Positions 18,832-30,690 are shown, numbered from the stretch's first letter. The stretch is DNA of 64,000 nt from an uncultured Methanosarcinales archaeon (GCA_964508495.1 CAZDUA010000004.1:290-64289), one strand, 5' to 3'. The notes: generated by a model not told the origin, from the letters alone. Translations and numbers: made by a program.

Positions 18832-19974
18832 ATGAACGTACAACAAGAAATAGAAAAACTGTTCGAGCTCAAAGAACACAAAATGAAGCTCGGACTACAA
18901 CCAACACTTGACGCGCTTTCTAAGTTAGGCAATCCGCACAAGAAATTACGGTTTGTTCATATTACTGGAACGAATGGAAAAGGAAGCACTGCTGCTTTCA
19001 TCGCAGATACACTGCAATTGGCAGGCTACAAAGTAGGACTGTTTACATCACCACACTTGGTTAAGTTTAACGAAAGAATGCAAGTCAACAGACAACATAT
19101 AACTGATGAAGAACTAGCGCCACTAATAAAACAGACAAGAAACACCGGAGTACAGCTGACCTTCTTTGAATACGCAACCGTAATGGGAATACTGCATTTT
19201 CTGAACAAAAAAGTCGATTATGTTATCTGGGAAGTAGGACTGGGAGGAATGCTTGATAGCACAAACGTTGTAGACGCAGAGATAGCTGTATTGACTAACA
19301 TCGGATTGGACCACACACACATACTAGGAGATACGGTAGAGAAAATTTCTAAAGATAAATGTGGAATAATCAAGAAGAACAGCAAAGTTGTAACTTGCGC
19401 AGACAATGCAGGCTTGCAATGGATAAAAGAAAAATGCGAACAAGGAAACGAATTATTTATTGAAGCACCATACGAAGGAAAAATCAGCTTGCTCGGAGAA
19501 TTCCAAAAGACAAATGCAGGAATAGCGAAAAAGGTTTGCGAACTATTAGGAGTTAAAAAAGAAATTATTGAGAACGGACTTGCAACAACAAAATGGCCAG
19601 GAAGACTAGAATGGATAGAGAAGAACATTTTAATGGACTGCGGGCACAATCCGGCAGCAATACAAGCAACAACACCATTTGTGAATAGCCTGCCTAAGAA
19701 AAGATTGATTCTGATATTTGGCGCGTTGAAAGACAAAGACTACAAGTCGATGGTTGAATCGCTACCAAAAGCAGACGTTATCATATTGACGAAACCAAAG
19801 TCAGAAAGAGCAATGAGTCCAGAAGAACTGCCATTCAAACAAAAAGTTATCATAAAAGAAGAACCGAAAGAAGCATACGAATATGCAAAAAGCATTGCAC
19901 GCGAAGGAGACTTGATATTTATCGTCGGAAGCTGCTATCTAGCGGGAAATATTAAGGAAATATTAGTAAGGTAA
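18832..19974 (+). CDS. folC: folylpolyglutamate synthase / dihydrofolate synthase
   Basis: Mur-ligase P-loop [11 protein letters not shown] and FolC-like layout. Confidence 0.85.
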   Translation: MNVQQEIEKLFELKEHKMKLGLQPTLDALSKLGNPHKKLRFVHITGTNGKGSTAAFIADTLQLAGYKVGLFTSPHLVKFNERMQVNRQHITDEELAPLIKQTRNTGVQLTFFEYATVMGILHFLNKKVDYVIWEVGLGGMLDSTNVVDAEIAVLTNIGLDHTHILGDTVEKISKDKCGIIKKNSKVVTCADNAGLQWIKEKCEQGNELFIEAPYEGKISLLGEFQKTNAGIAKKVCELLGVKKEIIENGLATTKWPGRLEWIEKNILMDCGHNPAAIQATTPFVNSLPKKRLILIFGALKDKDYKSMVESLPKADVIILTKPKSERAMSPEELPFKQKVIIKEEPKEAYEYAKSIAREGDLIFIVGSCYLAGNIKEILVR

Positions 19975-21225
19975 AGGAAATCTCTTGCACAGAGTCATAA
20001 CTTCCTTCTTCACACGCTCAATAACCAACTTATCAGGATTCTTAAGAACATCACTAATCCACTGACCAATCTGCTCCATCTCAGACTCTTTCATACCACG
20101 CGTAGTAGTTGCAGGTGTGCCTAAGCGGATGCCAGACGGGTCGAATGGAGAACGGGTGTCAAAAGGAATCATGTTTTTGTTACAACAAATGCCGGCCTCG
20201 TCCAAAACATGCTCTGCAATCTTACCAGTAGTATTCTTTGGCGTAACATCAACGAGCATCAAATGATTATCAGTACCGCCAGAGATTAAACGGAAACCAC
20301 TGTCGGATAGAGTTTGCGCTAATGCTTGTGCGTTCTTGAGAACTTGGCGCTGATAGCCGACAAAGCCAGGCTCTAAAGCCTCCTTGAAAGCAACAGCCTT
20401 AGCAGCAACAACATGATCAAGGGGACCACCCTGACTGCCAGGGAAGACTGCGAAATCAATCTTTTGCGCAAGATTCTTCTTGCCATTCGGATCAAAACGA
20501 TCAACGGTTTTTGATAAAATCATCGCACCACGAGGACCACGCAAAGTTTTGTGTGTTGTTGTTGTTACAATATCAGCATGAGGAACGGGGTCAGGGTAAA
20601 GCTTGGCTGCGACAAGACCGGCCACGTGAGCCATGTCGACCATAAAATAAGCATTAACCTCGTCAGCAATCTTTCTGAACTCCTTAAAATCAAGATGTCT
20701 TGAATATGCGGAAAAACCTGCGAGAATCAACTTAGGCTTATGGTGTAAAGCTAATTGGCGAACATTATCCATACTAATTCTTTCTGTATCTTTTTCAACT
20801 CCATAAGAAATGAACTTGTACAATCTGCCAGAGAAATTAACAGGACTGCCATGAGTTAAATGACCGCCATGTGCGAGGTCCATGCCGAGAACGGTATCGC
20901 CGAGATTAAGAATTGACAGGTAAGCAGCAAGATTAGCAGAACTGCCAGAATGCGATTGAACGTTAGCATTTTCAGCACCAAACAATTTCTTAGCACGCTC
21001 GATAGCCAAAGATTCAGTTACGTCAATAAACTGGTTGCCACCATAATAACGCTTGCCAGGAAAACCCTCGCTGTACTTGTTCGTAAGCCAAGAGCCGGTT
21101 GCTTCCAGAACTGCCTTGCTAACAATATTCTCAGAAGCAATAAGCTCAATAACATTCTTCTGCCTATCAAGCTCGCTCATAACTGCATCATACACTTCCT
21201 TGTCAAACTTTTTCAGATTATCCAT
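19963..21225 (-). CDS. glyA: serine hydroxymethyltransferase
   Basis: IELIASENI, and the PLP-Lys motif [13 protein letters not shown]. Confidence 0.95.
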   Translation of the reverse strand: MDNLKKFDKEVYDAVMSELDRQKNVIELIASENIVSKAVLEATGSWLTNKYSEGFPGKRYYGGNQFIDVTESLAIERAKKLFGAENANVQSHSGSSANLAAYLSILNLGDTVLGMDLAHGGHLTHGSPVNFSGRLYKFISYGVEKDTERISMDNVRQLALHHKPKLILAGFSAYSRHLDFKEFRKIADEVNAYFMVDMAHVAGLVAAKLYPDPVPHADIVTTTTHKTLRGPRGAMILSKTVDRFDPNGKKNLAQKIDFAVFPGSQGGPLDHVVAAKAVAFKEALEPGFVGYQRQVLKNAQALAQTLSDSGFRLISGGTDNHLMLVDVTPKNTTGKIAEHVLDEAGICCNKNMIPFDTRSPFDPSGIRLGTPATTTRGMKESEMEQIGQWISDVLKNPDKLVIERVKKEVMTLCKRFPLPY

Positions 21226-21685
21226 TACGCCTCACATACACTGCCAGTTCAAAGTCAGGAAAGTCTTGCTTACTTTCTGCCTTCCAATCTTTATCCTCAA
21301 ACTCAGGAAAGAAAACATCACCCGCATAGTTTTTTTTGACGTGAGAAATGTACATCTTATCAGCCAACGAAATAGTCTGCTCAAAAATCTGGCTTCCACC
21401 AATAATAAAAATGTCCTTGCCATGCATTTTCGCATTCGCGATAGCCTCAGGAACAGACCTGCAGACAACAACGCCCTTAGTTTCAGGCATAGAAGAACTA
21501 ACAACAATGTTAACCCTGTTAGGCAAAGGCTTGCCTATGCTCTCAAAAGTCTTCCTGCCCATAATAATCGTATTCCCCGAAGTCAACTTTTTAAAATTCT
21601 TCAAATCATCAGAAATATGCCAAGGAAGCTGATTATTCTTACCAATCACACGATTCCCATCCATAGCAACAATAATTGAAATCAT
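21218..21685 (-). CDS. folA: dihydrofolate reductase
   Basis: [23 protein letters not shown] and [11 protein letters not shown]. Confidence 0.9.
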   Translation of the reverse strand: MISIIVAMDGNRVIGKNNQLPWHISDDLKNFKKLTSGNTIIMGRKTFESIGKPLPNRVNIVVSSSMPETKGVVVCRSVPEAIANAKMHGKDIFIIGGSQIFEQTISLADKMYISHVKKNYAGDVFFPEFEDKDWKAESKQDFPDFELAVYVRRNG

Positions 21686-22554
21686 ACGGCAATCTCGAAC
21701 TTAATAGCAGGATAACTCTGATAGTTTAGAATTTTAGTATCTTCGGCCTTCCATTCGAAAATAGATTTGAAATTATCAGTTTGAATTTGAGGCAATGGGT
21801 GTTTGTTAAAGTCTCGCAAGAGCTGCTCCTTCGCACCCTCAACATGATTAACATAAATGTGAGTGTCAGCGAGAAAACCAATTAGTTTGCCTTCCTTCAG
21901 ATTTGCCTCTTTAGCAAGCAAATGAAGAAGAAGCGCGTAGCTTGCAATGTTAAACGGCAAGCCGAGCATAGTATCAACAGAACGCTGATTCCAAAGCAAG
22001 TTGAGCTTACCATCAATAACGGTAACCTGATAAGCATAATGGCAAGGGGGCAAGCCCATCTTGTGCATAGCCAAAGGATTCCACGAAGACACGATCATCC
22101 TGCGATCATGCGGGTCAGACTTGAGCTTGTCAACAACACGCTTGAGCTGGTCAAAACCCTTTCCAGTATAATCAGAATCGTGATTGTTATACTCAGCGCC
22201 AAAATGACGCCACTGAAAACCATAAACAGGACCAAGATCGCGCTCTTCAAGCATTTTTTTCTTATGCTCATCAGAATGACCATAAGGCGCTTTCTCAGGA
22301 TTCGCCCACTCATTCCAAATATTATTGTTGCGCTCCTTCAGCCAGTTCTTATCAGTAATACCATTAATGAACCACTGCAACTCAGACGCGATATTCTTGA
22401 AAGGAACTTTCTTTGTTGTTAGAAGAGGGAAACCCTTTGACATGTCATGCTCGAACATGGCGCCAGCAACAGAAATAGCATCAACACCAGTCCTATTATG
22501 CTTCACAACGCCAGTCTCAAGAATGTGGCGCACAATGTCAAGATAAGCTTTCAC
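21682..22554 (-). CDS. thyA: thymidylate synthase (ThyA type)
   Basis: YLDIVRHILETG, DRTGVD-like NRTGVD, and LPPCHYAYQ with the catalytic Cys. Likely GTG start at 22554; the ORF-track N-terminal 25 aa look like spurious extension. Confidence 0.93.
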   Translation of the reverse strand: MKAYLDIVRHILETGVVKHNRTGVDAISVAGAMFEHDMSKGFPLLTTKKVPFKNIASELQWFINGITDKNWLKERNNNIWNEWANPEKAPYGHSDEHKKKMLEERDLGPVYGFQWRHFGAEYNNHDSDYTGKGFDQLKRVVDKLKSDPHDRRMIVSSWNPLAMHKMGLPPCHYAYQVTVIDGKLNLLWNQRSVDTMLGLPFNIASYALLLHLLAKEANLKEGKLIGFLADTHIYVNHVEGAKEQLLRDFNKHPLPQIQTDNFKSIFEWKAEDTKILNYQSYPAIKFEIAV

Positions 22555-22671
22555 CCTTTGTTCACCCCAGAAAAAGACGAGAATGACCAATATAAATAGA
22601 TTATTGTAATCAATAGCAACCAAAGCCAAATATACTATTTGGCGAGGTCCCGGAAAGCAAGCTTTCCGGAA

Positions 22672-22683
22672 CGTTTAAAAACC
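22672..22683 (+). promoter_or_regulatory. TATA-like box for the KH/Top6 operon
   Basis: cgtttaaaaacc lies about 25 nt upstream of the ATG at 22706. Confidence 0.55.
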
Positions 22684-22705
22684 CCCTTCTTAAAAACGCA
22701 TATTT

Positions 22706-23254
22706 ATGGCCTCCACTCCATCACAGGAGTTTACATACGAGCTACGCATTCCCAAAGAGCGCGTGGCCGTGCTCATCGGCAAAAAAGGCGAAACGAAACG
22801 CGCCCTTGAACACGAAACAAAAACAAAGCTCCGAGTACACAGCGAAGAAGGAATAATCAACCTAGGCGGAAAAGACGCGCTGTTATTGTACCTGGCAAGA
22901 GAAATAATACGAGCAATAGGAAGAGGCTTCAACCCTGAAGTTGCATTACAATTACTAAAACAAGACTACGCTTTTGAACTCATACCAATAGCAGATTACG
23001 CCAGAAATCCGAACGATTTAGAACGATTGAGAGGAAGAGTCATAGGAGAAGGCGGAAAAAGCAGGCGAACAATAGAAGAACTAACACAAACAACAATCTG
23101 CGTGTTCGGCAAAACAGCAGGCATAATCGGGCCGGCAAACTGCATACAAGACGCAAGAAGAGCCATAGAGAGTTTATTGGCAGGAAGCCCGCACGCACAC
23201 GTGTACAGATGGCTTGAAAGAAGGCGAACACAAAGAAGGCGCGAAGAAATATGA
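22706..23254 (+). CDS. KH-domain RNA-binding protein (Dim2/Pno1-like)
   Basis: Two KH modules ([24 protein letters not shown]). Confidence 0.75.
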   Translation: MASTPSQEFTYELRIPKERVAVLIGKKGETKRALEHETKTKLRVHSEEGIINLGGKDALLLYLAREIIRAIGRGFNPEVALQLLKQDYAFELIPIADYARNPNDLERLRGRVIGEGGKSRRTIEELTQTTICVFGKTAGIIGPANCIQDARRAIESLLAGSPHAHVYRWLERRRTQRRREEI

Positions 23255-24888
23255 CAAGACCGATTGCAGAAGAACTCGCAAAAAAACAAAAAGACATTTC
23301 TGTTGCAGAATTCTTTGAAAGAAACCGACACCTACTAGGGTTTGACAACAAAAGAAAGGCGCTATTGACAGTCGTCAAAGAAGCAGTAGACAACTCGCTA
23401 GACGCATGCGAGGAAGCAAAAGTACTTCCAGAAATTAATATCCAAATAGTGGAAATGGGAAATGACCGGTACAGGATTTCTGTGGAAGATAACGGACCAG
23501 GGATAGTGAAGAAACAGATTCCAAACATCTTTGCAAAATTATTGTATGGAAGCAAGTTCCACACAATGAAACAAGCAAGAGGACAACAGGGAATAGGAAT
23601 ATCAGCAGCAGTCCTTTATGCGCAATTGACGACAGGCAGACCAGCAAAAATCTGGAGCAGAATATCACCAAAAGACCCAGCACACTACTATGAACTACAT
23701 ATAGACACGATAAAAAACGAGCCAGAAATAATCAAAGACGAAGAAACAAACTGGAAAAAAGAACATGGAGTCAAAATAGAACTAGACATCGATGCCAATT
23801 ACCAAAAAGGAGACCAGTCAGTTGACAGCTACCTCAAACAAACCGCAATAGCAAACCCGCACGCAACAATAATCTACACAAACCCAAAAGCAGAACAACT
23901 AATATTCCCAAGAGCATCAGACAAACTGCCAAAAGAACCAACAGAAATTAAACCGCACCCATACGGAGTAGAATTAGGCATCATGCTAAAGATGCTGAAA
24001 AACACAGAATGCAGAACATTACAGAGCTTCCTAACACAAGAATTCTCACGAGTAGGACCAGGAACAGCAAAAGAAATCTGCGACAAAGCAGGACTGTTCA
24101 CAAATATGAAGCCAGCGGAATTACAGCTTCCGCACGTCGAAAAATTAATGGAAGGAATAAAAAATACCAAAATAATCGCCCCAAGCACAGACTGCATAGT
24201 GCCAATAGGAGAAGATCTGCTTGAGAAAGGACTACGCAAAGAAGTATCAGCAGAATTTTACACGGCAGTAACACGCTCTCCAGACGTCTACAAAGGAATA
24301 CCATTCGTAATAGAAGTAGCACTAGCATACGGCGGAACACAACCAGCAGACGAACCGATCAGACTGCTAAGATTCGCAAACAGAGTGCCATTACTATACC
24401 AACAAGGAGCATGCGCGAGCACAAAATCAATAATACAGACAAACTGGAGACCATACGGGCTAAGCCAAAGCCAGGGAGCAATGCCAGCAGGACCACTAAC
24501 TTTGGTGATATCATTAGTTTCCGTGTGGCCGTCATTCACATCTGAAGCAAAAGAAGCCATAGCACACTATCCTGAGATAATAAAAGAAATGAAGCTTGCA
24601 TTACAAGAAGCAGGAAGAAGACTGGGCAGTTACGTCAATAAGAAAAGAAGAGTGTCAGACCAACAGGAAAGAATAAGCATCTTCGAGAATTACATACCAG
24701 AAGTTGCAGACGCACTATCACGATTAAGCGGAGTTGGAAAAGAGAAAATGGTTGAAGCAATGAAAAAAATGCTGGAAAAGAACAAAGAATACATCCAAGC
24801 ACATAAAGAAGCACACAAAGTAGAAAAGAAAGATAAAAAAGACAAAGAAGAACAAGTAAAACTCGCAGGATTTGAAGATGACGAATAA
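23251..24888 (+). CDS. top6B: DNA topoisomerase VI subunit B
   Basis: Bergerat ATPase motifs ([23 protein letters not shown]) and an archaeal Top6B N-terminus. Confidence 0.95.
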   Translation: MTRPIAEELAKKQKDISVAEFFERNRHLLGFDNKRKALLTVVKEAVDNSLDACEEAKVLPEINIQIVEMGNDRYRISVEDNGPGIVKKQIPNIFAKLLYGSKFHTMKQARGQQGIGISAAVLYAQLTTGRPAKIWSRISPKDPAHYYELHIDTIKNEPEIIKDEETNWKKEHGVKIELDIDANYQKGDQSVDSYLKQTAIANPHATIIYTNPKAEQLIFPRASDKLPKEPTEIKPHPYGVELGIMLKMLKNTECRTLQSFLTQEFSRVGPGTAKEICDKAGLFTNMKPAELQLPHVEKLMEGIKNTKIIAPSTDCIVPIGEDLLEKGLRKEVSAEFYTAVTRSPDVYKGIPFVIEVALAYGGTQPADEPIRLLRFANRVPLLYQQGACASTKSIIQTNWRPYGLSQSQGAMPAGPLTLVISLVSVWPSFTSEAKEAIAHYPEIIKEMKLALQEAGRRLGSYVNKKRRVSDQQERISIFENYIPEVADALSRLSGVGKEKMVEAMKKMLEKNKEYIQAHKEAHKVEKKDKKDKEEQVKLAGFEDDE

Positions 24889-25960
24889 AAACCCAAAAGA
24901 AACAATCGAAGAACTAGGGAAAGACTTAGCAAAAGAAGTGCTCTCAAACAAACCACCAATCATGGAAGTCCCAATCAGAGCGCTTTCAAACGTTTCTTTC
25001 AACAAAAAAACAGAAACACTGCAGTTAGGAGACAAAATATCCGAAAGAAACTTCTTCAACGTCGCACACGCCAAAAAATTCCTGCAAACACTCGAAGTAG
25101 CAGCAGCAAGCAAAGAACTGCTCGAAGTGGGAAAACACACCTCACTAAGAGATGTATTCTACATGATCAAAAGAACGATTCCAAATACCAAGATAAACAT
25201 TGTAGATGAACAAACAGAAAGTGATGATGCCATTGAGGATTTGGAAGTATTGACCGGCCTCAGCAGAGAACAACTAAACATCAACGCAAACAAAATGGGA
25301 TCTGTCGCCGGACACGTAGTCATAGAAGACAAAGGAGACGAACTAGACTGGAGCAAAATGGGATCAGGCGGATGGAGCATTCCATCAAACGTAGAGGAAA
25401 TCAAGTTCAAAAAAGTAAAAGCGAAATACGTAATTTACATGGAAAAAGCGGCAGTCTGGGAAAGACTGCACGAAGACAAATTCTGGGACAAGCAAAACTG
25501 CATCATCATGAGCTCGCAAGGACAGACAACAAGAGGAATAAGAAGACTGCTGCAAAGACTATCAGAGGAGCATGACCTCCCAATTTACGTTCTCTGCGAT
25601 GGAGACATCTGGGGAGCATACATTTACAGCGTGCTGAAGTATGGGTCAATCAACCTAGCACACATGGCAGAAAGCATGACAATCAAAACAGCAAAATACT
25701 TAGGAATCACAATGGACGACATTGAAAACTACGGGCTCAAAAAACACTTGATTGCACTAAACGAAAACGATTACAAAAGAATAGAACAACTGCAAAACTA
25801 CGAGTGGTTCAAAGAAAATAAAGCGTGGCAAAGACAGTTCAAACTAATGAAAACACTAAAAGGCAAAGTAGAAATCCAGTCACTAAGCAGCAGAGGAATC
25901 AGCTTCATATCTGAAAAGTACTTACCAGAAAAAATAAAGAACCAAGACTTCTTATCATAA
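24872..25960 (+). CDS. top6A: DNA topoisomerase VI subunit A (Spo11 family)
   Basis: RDVFY with the catalytic Tyr, Toprim motifs VIYMEKAAV and LCDGDIWG. Confidence 0.95.
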   Translation: MKMTNKNPKETIEELGKDLAKEVLSNKPPIMEVPIRALSNVSFNKKTETLQLGDKISERNFFNVAHAKKFLQTLEVAAASKELLEVGKHTSLRDVFYMIKRTIPNTKINIVDEQTESDDAIEDLEVLTGLSREQLNINANKMGSVAGHVVIEDKGDELDWSKMGSGGWSIPSNVEEIKFKKVKAKYVIYMEKAAVWERLHEDKFWDKQNCIIMSSQGQTTRGIRRLLQRLSEEHDLPIYVLCDGDIWGAYIYSVLKYGSINLAHMAESMTIKTAKYLGITMDDIENYGLKKHLIALNENDYKRIEQLQNYEWFKENKAWQRQFKLMKTLKGKVEIQSLSSRGISFISEKYLPEKIKNQDFLS

Positions 25961-26011
25961 CTATTAGACACCAATAATGCTTTTTAATAAGGATTCTTAC
26001 AAAAACCTCAC

Positions 26012-26539
26012 ATGGACTACCGCATACAGAGAGAACCTATAATACACGTTGTAAAAACCCTAGCAGAATACCTGCCACACAACTCGCGAATTCTTGACTT
26101 GGGAGCAGCAGATGGAAGGCACGCAAGATACCTTGCTGAACGCGGACACCAAGTTGTAGCCATCGACAAAGATAAACAAGCAATCAACATACTAGAACAG
26201 CTTGCGAAAAAAAACTCGATCACTCCATTGCACTTGGACATGACAGATATCGACCTGCTGCCAGACGAACAATATAACGCGGTAATCGCCACGTGTGTGC
26301 TCCAAGCCATACGACCAGACCAAGCAAGAGAACTGGCAAAATACATTGCAGAACACACGCTACCAGCAGGATACCTTGCAGCAACATTCTTTTTAGGCCG
26401 ATACAGAACACTAATGGAAAACGTGAGGCCGACATTCGCTCAATGGAAAACAATAGAAACAAAAAGAACAAGAATTGACGCGCGCCCAGACGGACTCTTC
26501 GAAATGATAGGAGCACTCCTTCAAAAGCCCGGCAAGTAA
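26012..26539 (+). CDS. class I SAM-dependent methyltransferase
   Basis: ILDLGAADGRHARYLAERGHQVVAIDKD (motif I plus an acidic residue). Confidence 0.7.
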   Translation: MDYRIQREPIIHVVKTLAEYLPHNSRILDLGAADGRHARYLAERGHQVVAIDKDKQAINILEQLAKKNSITPLHLDMTDIDLLPDEQYNAVIATCVLQAIRPDQARELAKYIAEHTLPAGYLAATFFLGRYRTLMENVRPTFAQWKTIETKRTRIDARPDGLFEMIGALLQKPGK

Positions 26540-26755
26540 CTACTTCTTAATCTTAGACGCCCAGTAGAGCAGGCCAGCTGTGATGAGCAAATTTATGAGA
26601 ATAGCAACAAGATTCAACTGAGGCGTCAATGTGATGAAAGGCAAGTGCAATGGCAACAAGCCATAAGCATAGATAAACACGTGCGCTAAAGTATGAAATG
26701 CTTCAGCACCAGCCAAAAATATCAACACTTGCTTTTTTGTACACATTGAATTCAC
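26540..26755 (-). CDS. small membrane protein (71 aa)
   Basis: Two hydrophobic helices. Weak support. Confidence 0.3.
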   Translation of the reverse strand: MNSMCTKKQVLIFLAGAEAFHTLAHVFIYAYGLLPLHLPFITLTPQLNLVAILINLLITAGLLYWASKIKK

Positions 26756-26768
26756 CTCTTTATTATAC

Positions 26769-26842
26769 GGGGCCGATGGGATTTGAACCCACGATCTTCC
26801 GCTTAGAAGGCGGCTGCTCTATCCAGCCTGAGCTACGGCCCC
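26769..26842 (-). tRNA. tRNA-Arg (TCT)
   Basis: Reverse complement GGGGCCGTAGCTCAGGCTGGATAGAGCAGCCGCCTTCTAAGCGGAAGATCGTGGGTTCAAATCCCATCGGCCCC. Anticodon loop is CTTCTAA. Confidence 0.9.
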
Positions 26843-26879
26843 ATGACGAGAAAGTCAGTATGATTGTTTATAAGGTTTA

Positions 26880-27437
26880 CTAGAACGACTTCTGCTTCCT
26901 GAGCATTTCAACAATACCGGGAGCCAACAGAGGCTTGCGATTGAGTATGAGATACTTGTAAGGCAAATGAACATCCTCGCCCTGAGCAATAAACAGCTCG
27001 ATGCCCTTCTGGAATTTTAGTTCTGACAACTTCTTACCATCACAAACCATTTTTGTAACAATAACAGCAGTATCAGTAGACATTTGATCCTTGCCCAAGT
27101 TGAAAGATGGATATGGAAGGAACTGAGTGAGTTCGACCTTAGTCCTCTCTTTAGGAGGATCATCACCGAGAATGCCACCGAAAATAAAATAATTGTACTT
27201 TTTTGCTATTTCAGGAGTGAGTGTTTGTTTTGACTCAGGGTCAAGCACACAGGCCTTGTCGAAGCGCAACTGCTTGACGCTTTTTGCTACAACTTTACCG
27301 AATGATTTTAACACAGCACTCTTTGTATTGGTAAAAATAAGATTGCGCTTGCCAACCCACTTAGAAATGTGCTTGTATTCGAGCTTGCACCACGGAAAAA
27401 CTTTTGGCTCAAGATGCTCAATGATGAACGCGGGCAT
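26880..27437 (-). CDS. predicted SAM-dependent RNA methyltransferase (PF04252-like), tentative
   Basis: N-terminus FIIEHLEPKVFPWCKLEYKHI recalls that family. Not searched. Confidence 0.4.
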   Translation of the reverse strand: MPAFIIEHLEPKVFPWCKLEYKHISKWVGKRNLIFTNTKSAVLKSFGKVVAKSVKQLRFDKACVLDPESKQTLTPEIAKKYNYFIFGGILGDDPPKERTKVELTQFLPYPSFNLGKDQMSTDTAVIVTKMVCDGKKLSELKFQKGIELFIAQGEDVHLPYKYLILNRKPLLAPGIVEMLRKQKSF

Positions 27438-27634
27438 CAGTTCTTCTTAAACTGCGCAATCGTGTCAATCATATCAACCTGACCGAGGAACATTGCACGG
27501 CAACAATAGCGCTCAACGCCCAACTCGTCAAGAATTTCCTTCTTATCCTCGCCTTTCTTAGAACGCGCATCAAAATCTTCCCACAAGTGCGCAATCGGCT
27601 TTCCACAGCTCCAGCAACGAATTGGAATTATCAT
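27437..27634 (-). CDS. rpoN: RNA polymerase subunit N (Rpo10)
   Basis: MIIPIRCWSCGKPI...RYCCRAM zinc motif, 65 aa. Confidence 0.9.
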   Translation of the reverse strand: MIIPIRCWSCGKPIAHLWEDFDARSKKGEDKKEILDELGVERYCCRAMFLGQVDMIDTIAQFKKN

Positions 27635-27646
27635 TTTTAGTTCCTC

Positions 27647-28042
27647 CTAACGATAAGACTTCTGACGCTTAGCACGCGCCTTACCATGACAGTTTGGCTT
27701 GTGCGTTTCCTTTCTTCTAACATCTGCAACAGTAAACGCGCGATCATATTCAAGATATTTAGAGTGCAATTTTTTATCAAAACCGGCCAATGCCTTAGCA
27801 ATAGCTAGACGAACTGCTTCAGCCTGACCATTAGAACCGCCACCCTGAACAGAAACATTAATGTTAACTTTCTTAGCAACGTCACCTGCAATCAATAAAG
27901 GCTCTTCAATCTTGGCACGGAAAATGTTCTGAGGCAAAGTAGAAAGAAGACGACTGTTTACACGAACAACACCCGCGCCAGCTACCAAAGTAGCACGAGC
28001 AACAGCAGTCTTACGAGTTCCACTAACATGAACAACTTTCAT
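27647..28042 (-). CDS. rps9: 30S ribosomal protein S9 (uS9)
   Basis: GTRKTAVARATL...C-terminal KRQKSYR. Start at MKVVHV. Confidence 0.95.
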   Translation of the reverse strand: MKVVHVSGTRKTAVARATLVAGAGVVRVNSRLLSTLPQNIFRAKIEEPLLIAGDVAKKVNINVSVQGGGSNGQAEAVRLAIAKALAGFDKKLHSKYLEYDRAFTVADVRRKETHKPNCHGKARAKRQKSYR

Positions 28043-28464
28043 ACCTTTCCTCCCAATGAAACACACAATTCGCCAATCGTCTGATAACGTAATTTAGGAA
28101 GTTCTGAAGCTTCCTTAGCAACCTTAACGAGCTTCTTATCCTTGAACTCTACCGGCACGCCCATATAGCACATAATTCTCTCAAAAGCTTCCCTGCCACG
28201 GCCCTGCTTGTGCTCGACCATGCCCCTGATAGAACGCCTTACAAAACGATCAGGCATCCTGCTAATGAAAGGACCTTTCTCAGGCCTGCCAGTCTCGAAA
28301 ATAAGATGGAAGTACCTGGCCTTAGTAGCGCCAACACGACCGCTGACAACAGCGAGTTCGCAATTGAAAACATTAATAGAATTGCCTAACAAAGCCTGCT
28401 TGGCAACATAACTAGCCAAACGACCAAGAATTGCATTTGTTGCATCAATATTAATTTCTGCCAT
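28039..28464 (-). CDS. rpl13: 50S ribosomal protein L13 (uL13)
   Basis: IDATNAILGRLASYVAK is typical of L13. Confidence 0.95.
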   Translation of the reverse strand: MAEINIDATNAILGRLASYVAKQALLGNSINVFNCELAVVSGRVGATKARYFHLIFETGRPEKGPFISRMPDRFVRRSIRGMVEHKQGRGREAFERIMCYMGVPVEFKDKKLVKVAKEASELPKLRYQTIGELCVSLGGKV

Positions 28465-28467
28465 TTT

Positions 28468-28830
28468 TTATCCGAGGAGTTTAAGGTCCTTCGCCTTTGG
28501 TTTCTGCTTCAATAATTGTTCAATTGTGATTGCTTTTCCATTAGCCTGCTCAATGCGTTCTTTAGCTCCATCGCTGAAAGACAAAGCAGCAACAATAACA
28601 CTGTGAGCTAGTAGACCTGAGCCAAGAACTTTGCCAGGAACAACAACAGTTTCATTCGGCTTTGTGTAGCGCGAAATACTGCTAACGTTCACAACACGCC
28701 TCTGGCGCGTCGGCTTTTCCAAGTCATCAGCAACACGATCCCAAAGCGCAGCCTTCGAAATAGTACTTTCTTTGCGCAAGCTCTGAATGAGCTCCTGCAA
28801 TACCGGATTTGTTGGACCTGTTCGTTTCAT
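28468..28830 (-). CDS. rpl18e: 50S ribosomal protein L18e (eL18)
   Basis: KRTGPTNPVLQELI N-terminus, and the conserved order L18e-L13-S9-RpoN. Confidence 0.9.
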   Translation of the reverse strand: MKRTGPTNPVLQELIQSLRKESTISKAALWDRVADDLEKPTRQRRVVNVSSISRYTKPNETVVVPGKVLGSGLLAHSVIVAALSFSDGAKERIEQANGKAITIEQLLKQKPKAKDLKLLG

Positions 28831-28864
28831 TTTCGTTTTTGACTATTTTTTGACTATGACTAAT

Positions 28865-28949
28865 GCGGGGGAAGGGATTTGAACCCTCGCATCCACTAAG
28901 GAACCAGCACCTCAAGCTGGCGCATTTGACCAGGCTCTGCCACCCCCGC
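28865..28949 (-). tRNA. tRNA-Leu (GAG)
   Basis: Reverse complement GCGGGGGTGGCAGAGCCTGGTCAAATGCGCCAGCTTGAGGTGCTGG... has a long variable arm and a T-arm GAGGGTTCAAATCCCTT. Confidence 0.9.
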
Positions 28950-28955
28950 GCAGGG

Positions 28956-29723
28956 TTATTTACTGAGAGCGCCGACAAAATCGTCAAGCAAACTCGATAA
29001 GTGGTCAGTGGCACTTGCCAAAATTTCTGAGGCGCTCAACTGGCCCCAAGGCTCGATGTTAAATATGAAAGTTGAAGGGTCACGCTCGATCTTAACAATC
29101 TCATCATTAATTCCCTCGCAAGCTTCAAATAAATTATGCTGTTCGATAAGCTTGGCATCAATCTTTCCGTTATTGAAAATCTGGGAAGGATACGTGTTCT
29201 TGAACTTATCAAATTCCTTGTGACTATTGTTAACAGTAACCTTTGCCTTGAAAGTATACCAGGCAGAACAGGGAGAAAATTTAACGTGCTCCTTTCCAAC
29301 ACCCAAAACAGCAGTAGCTTCAAACTCAAGCTCCTGGCCCTTCAACAATTTAACAAGAGGAGTCTTTGGGAAAACAGGCTTAACTTTCGGATCCTTGCTC
29401 TTCAAGTCCTCAGCATAAACAGTGCAAGGACCCTTGGCTTTCAAAACAAGCTTAACAGAATTCTTAGCGCTCAATTCATCACCAGGCTTTCTAACATCAT
29501 AGCCTTTAAGATCAGTCGTCAAAGGAAGAAGACCAAGACGATGAGCAAGAACTTCATCATACAAAACCCCATCGTTCTGCTTAAACTCAACTTCCTCAAT
29601 CGCCATAGTAGGAACTGCCTCGATCATAATACGACGCAAAGAGTTAGCCAAAGCAGGCGTAGTATTCTTTAACAAAAACGTAACCCTTCCAGACTTCTTG
29701 TCCTTCTTTATGGCTTCAATCAT
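28956..29723 (-). CDS. rpoD: RNA polymerase subunit D (Rpo3)
   Basis: [18 protein letters not shown] and HRLGLLPL, in the conserved S13-S4-S11-RpoD context. Confidence 0.9.
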   Translation of the reverse strand: MIEAIKKDKKSGRVTFLLKNTTPALANSLRRIMIEAVPTMAIEEVEFKQNDGVLYDEVLAHRLGLLPLTTDLKGYDVRKPGDELSAKNSVKLVLKAKGPCTVYAEDLKSKDPKVKPVFPKTPLVKLLKGQELEFEATAVLGVGKEHVKFSPCSAWYTFKAKVTVNNSHKEFDKFKNTYPSQIFNNGKIDAKLIEQHNLFEACEGINDEIVKIERDPSTFIFNIEPWGQLSASEILASATDHLSSLLDDFVGALSK

Positions 29724-30112
29724 ACACGTCTTCCTCGCTTACCGCCCTTCTTACGACAACCACCATGCGGCACTGGAGTAACATCCTCAATAATACCAAT
29801 CTTCAATCCCATCCTGCTCAAAGCACGAATTGCAGCCTGAGCACCAGGACCAGGAGAATGCGGACCATTCTGCCCACCGGGGGCCTTAACTTTAACATGA
29901 ACACCCTCAACACCTTTGTCAAGAGCAGTCTCTGCAGCACGCTTGGCAGCCATCATTGCAGCAGTAGGAGAACTCTCAAGACGGTCAGCCTTGACCATCA
30001 TGCCACCACTTGCAACAGCAATAGTCTCAGTACCGGTAATATCAGTAATGTGAATAATCGTATCATTATAAGATGCATAAATATGAACTACGCCCCAACG
30101 AATATCACTCAT
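29720..30112 (-). CDS. rps11: 30S ribosomal protein S11 (uS11)
   Basis: [19 protein letters not shown]...[16 protein letters not shown]. Confidence 0.95.
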   Translation of the reverse strand: MSDIRWGVVHIYASYNDTIIHITDITGTETIAVASGGMMVKADRLESSPTAAMMAAKRAAETALDKGVEGVHVKVKAPGGQNGPHSPGPGAQAAIRALSRMGLKIGIIEDVTPVPHGGCRKKGGKRGRRV

Positions 30113-30690
30113 CTTCTGCCACCCTTCCTTCTAAAGCCGTCTTTCGCTGCCCTTGCAATAGTCGATTTAGGTTTTGATTTTATTGAACGCTCAGGATGTT
30201 CAGGATTTGCAAGAGTGCTGGCCGCAAGAAGAGAAACCAAAGACTCTTCAGCAACAGGAACAAGATAACTGGGAGCAGTAACGTTTCTCTTACCAACAAC
30301 AACGTGCTCGTGAATGATAAACTGACGGGCCTGCAAAGGAGTTCTCGCAAAACCCTTCTTCAAAATAATAGTCTGCAAACGACGGTCAAGCAAGTTCTTA
30401 ATGTTCAAAGCAAGAACGTCATCAAGTTTAGCGCCACCAGGCAACAAACCAAGCTTGTGCAAACGACCAAGCAACTGCTTACCCTCAAGTTCTGCCTGTC
30501 CAGTCTTCAAAGCAATCACACGCTTAGCCTGATTAGCAAAAGCCTTCAACTGGCTAGAAATCTTCCACAACTCACGCTTGGTTCTAAGACCATACTCTCT
30601 AACAAGAATACGCTCTTCCTCAATACGAGCGAGCTGCCAAGGATGACCAGGACCAGAATATTTACTCTTGAACTTTCTTGGGTCACCCAT
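30109..30690 (-). CDS. rps4: 30S ribosomal protein S4 (uS4)
   Basis: [18 protein letters not shown] is typical of archaeal S4. Confidence 0.95.
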   Translation of the reverse strand: MGDPRKFKSKYSGPGHPWQLARIEEERILVREYGLRTKRELWKISSQLKAFANQAKRVIALKTGQAELEGKQLLGRLHKLGLLPGGAKLDDVLALNIKNLLDRRLQTIILKKGFARTPLQARQFIIHEHVVVGKRNVTAPSYLVPVAEESLVSLLAASTLANPEHPERSIKSKPKSTIARAAKDGFRRKGGRR

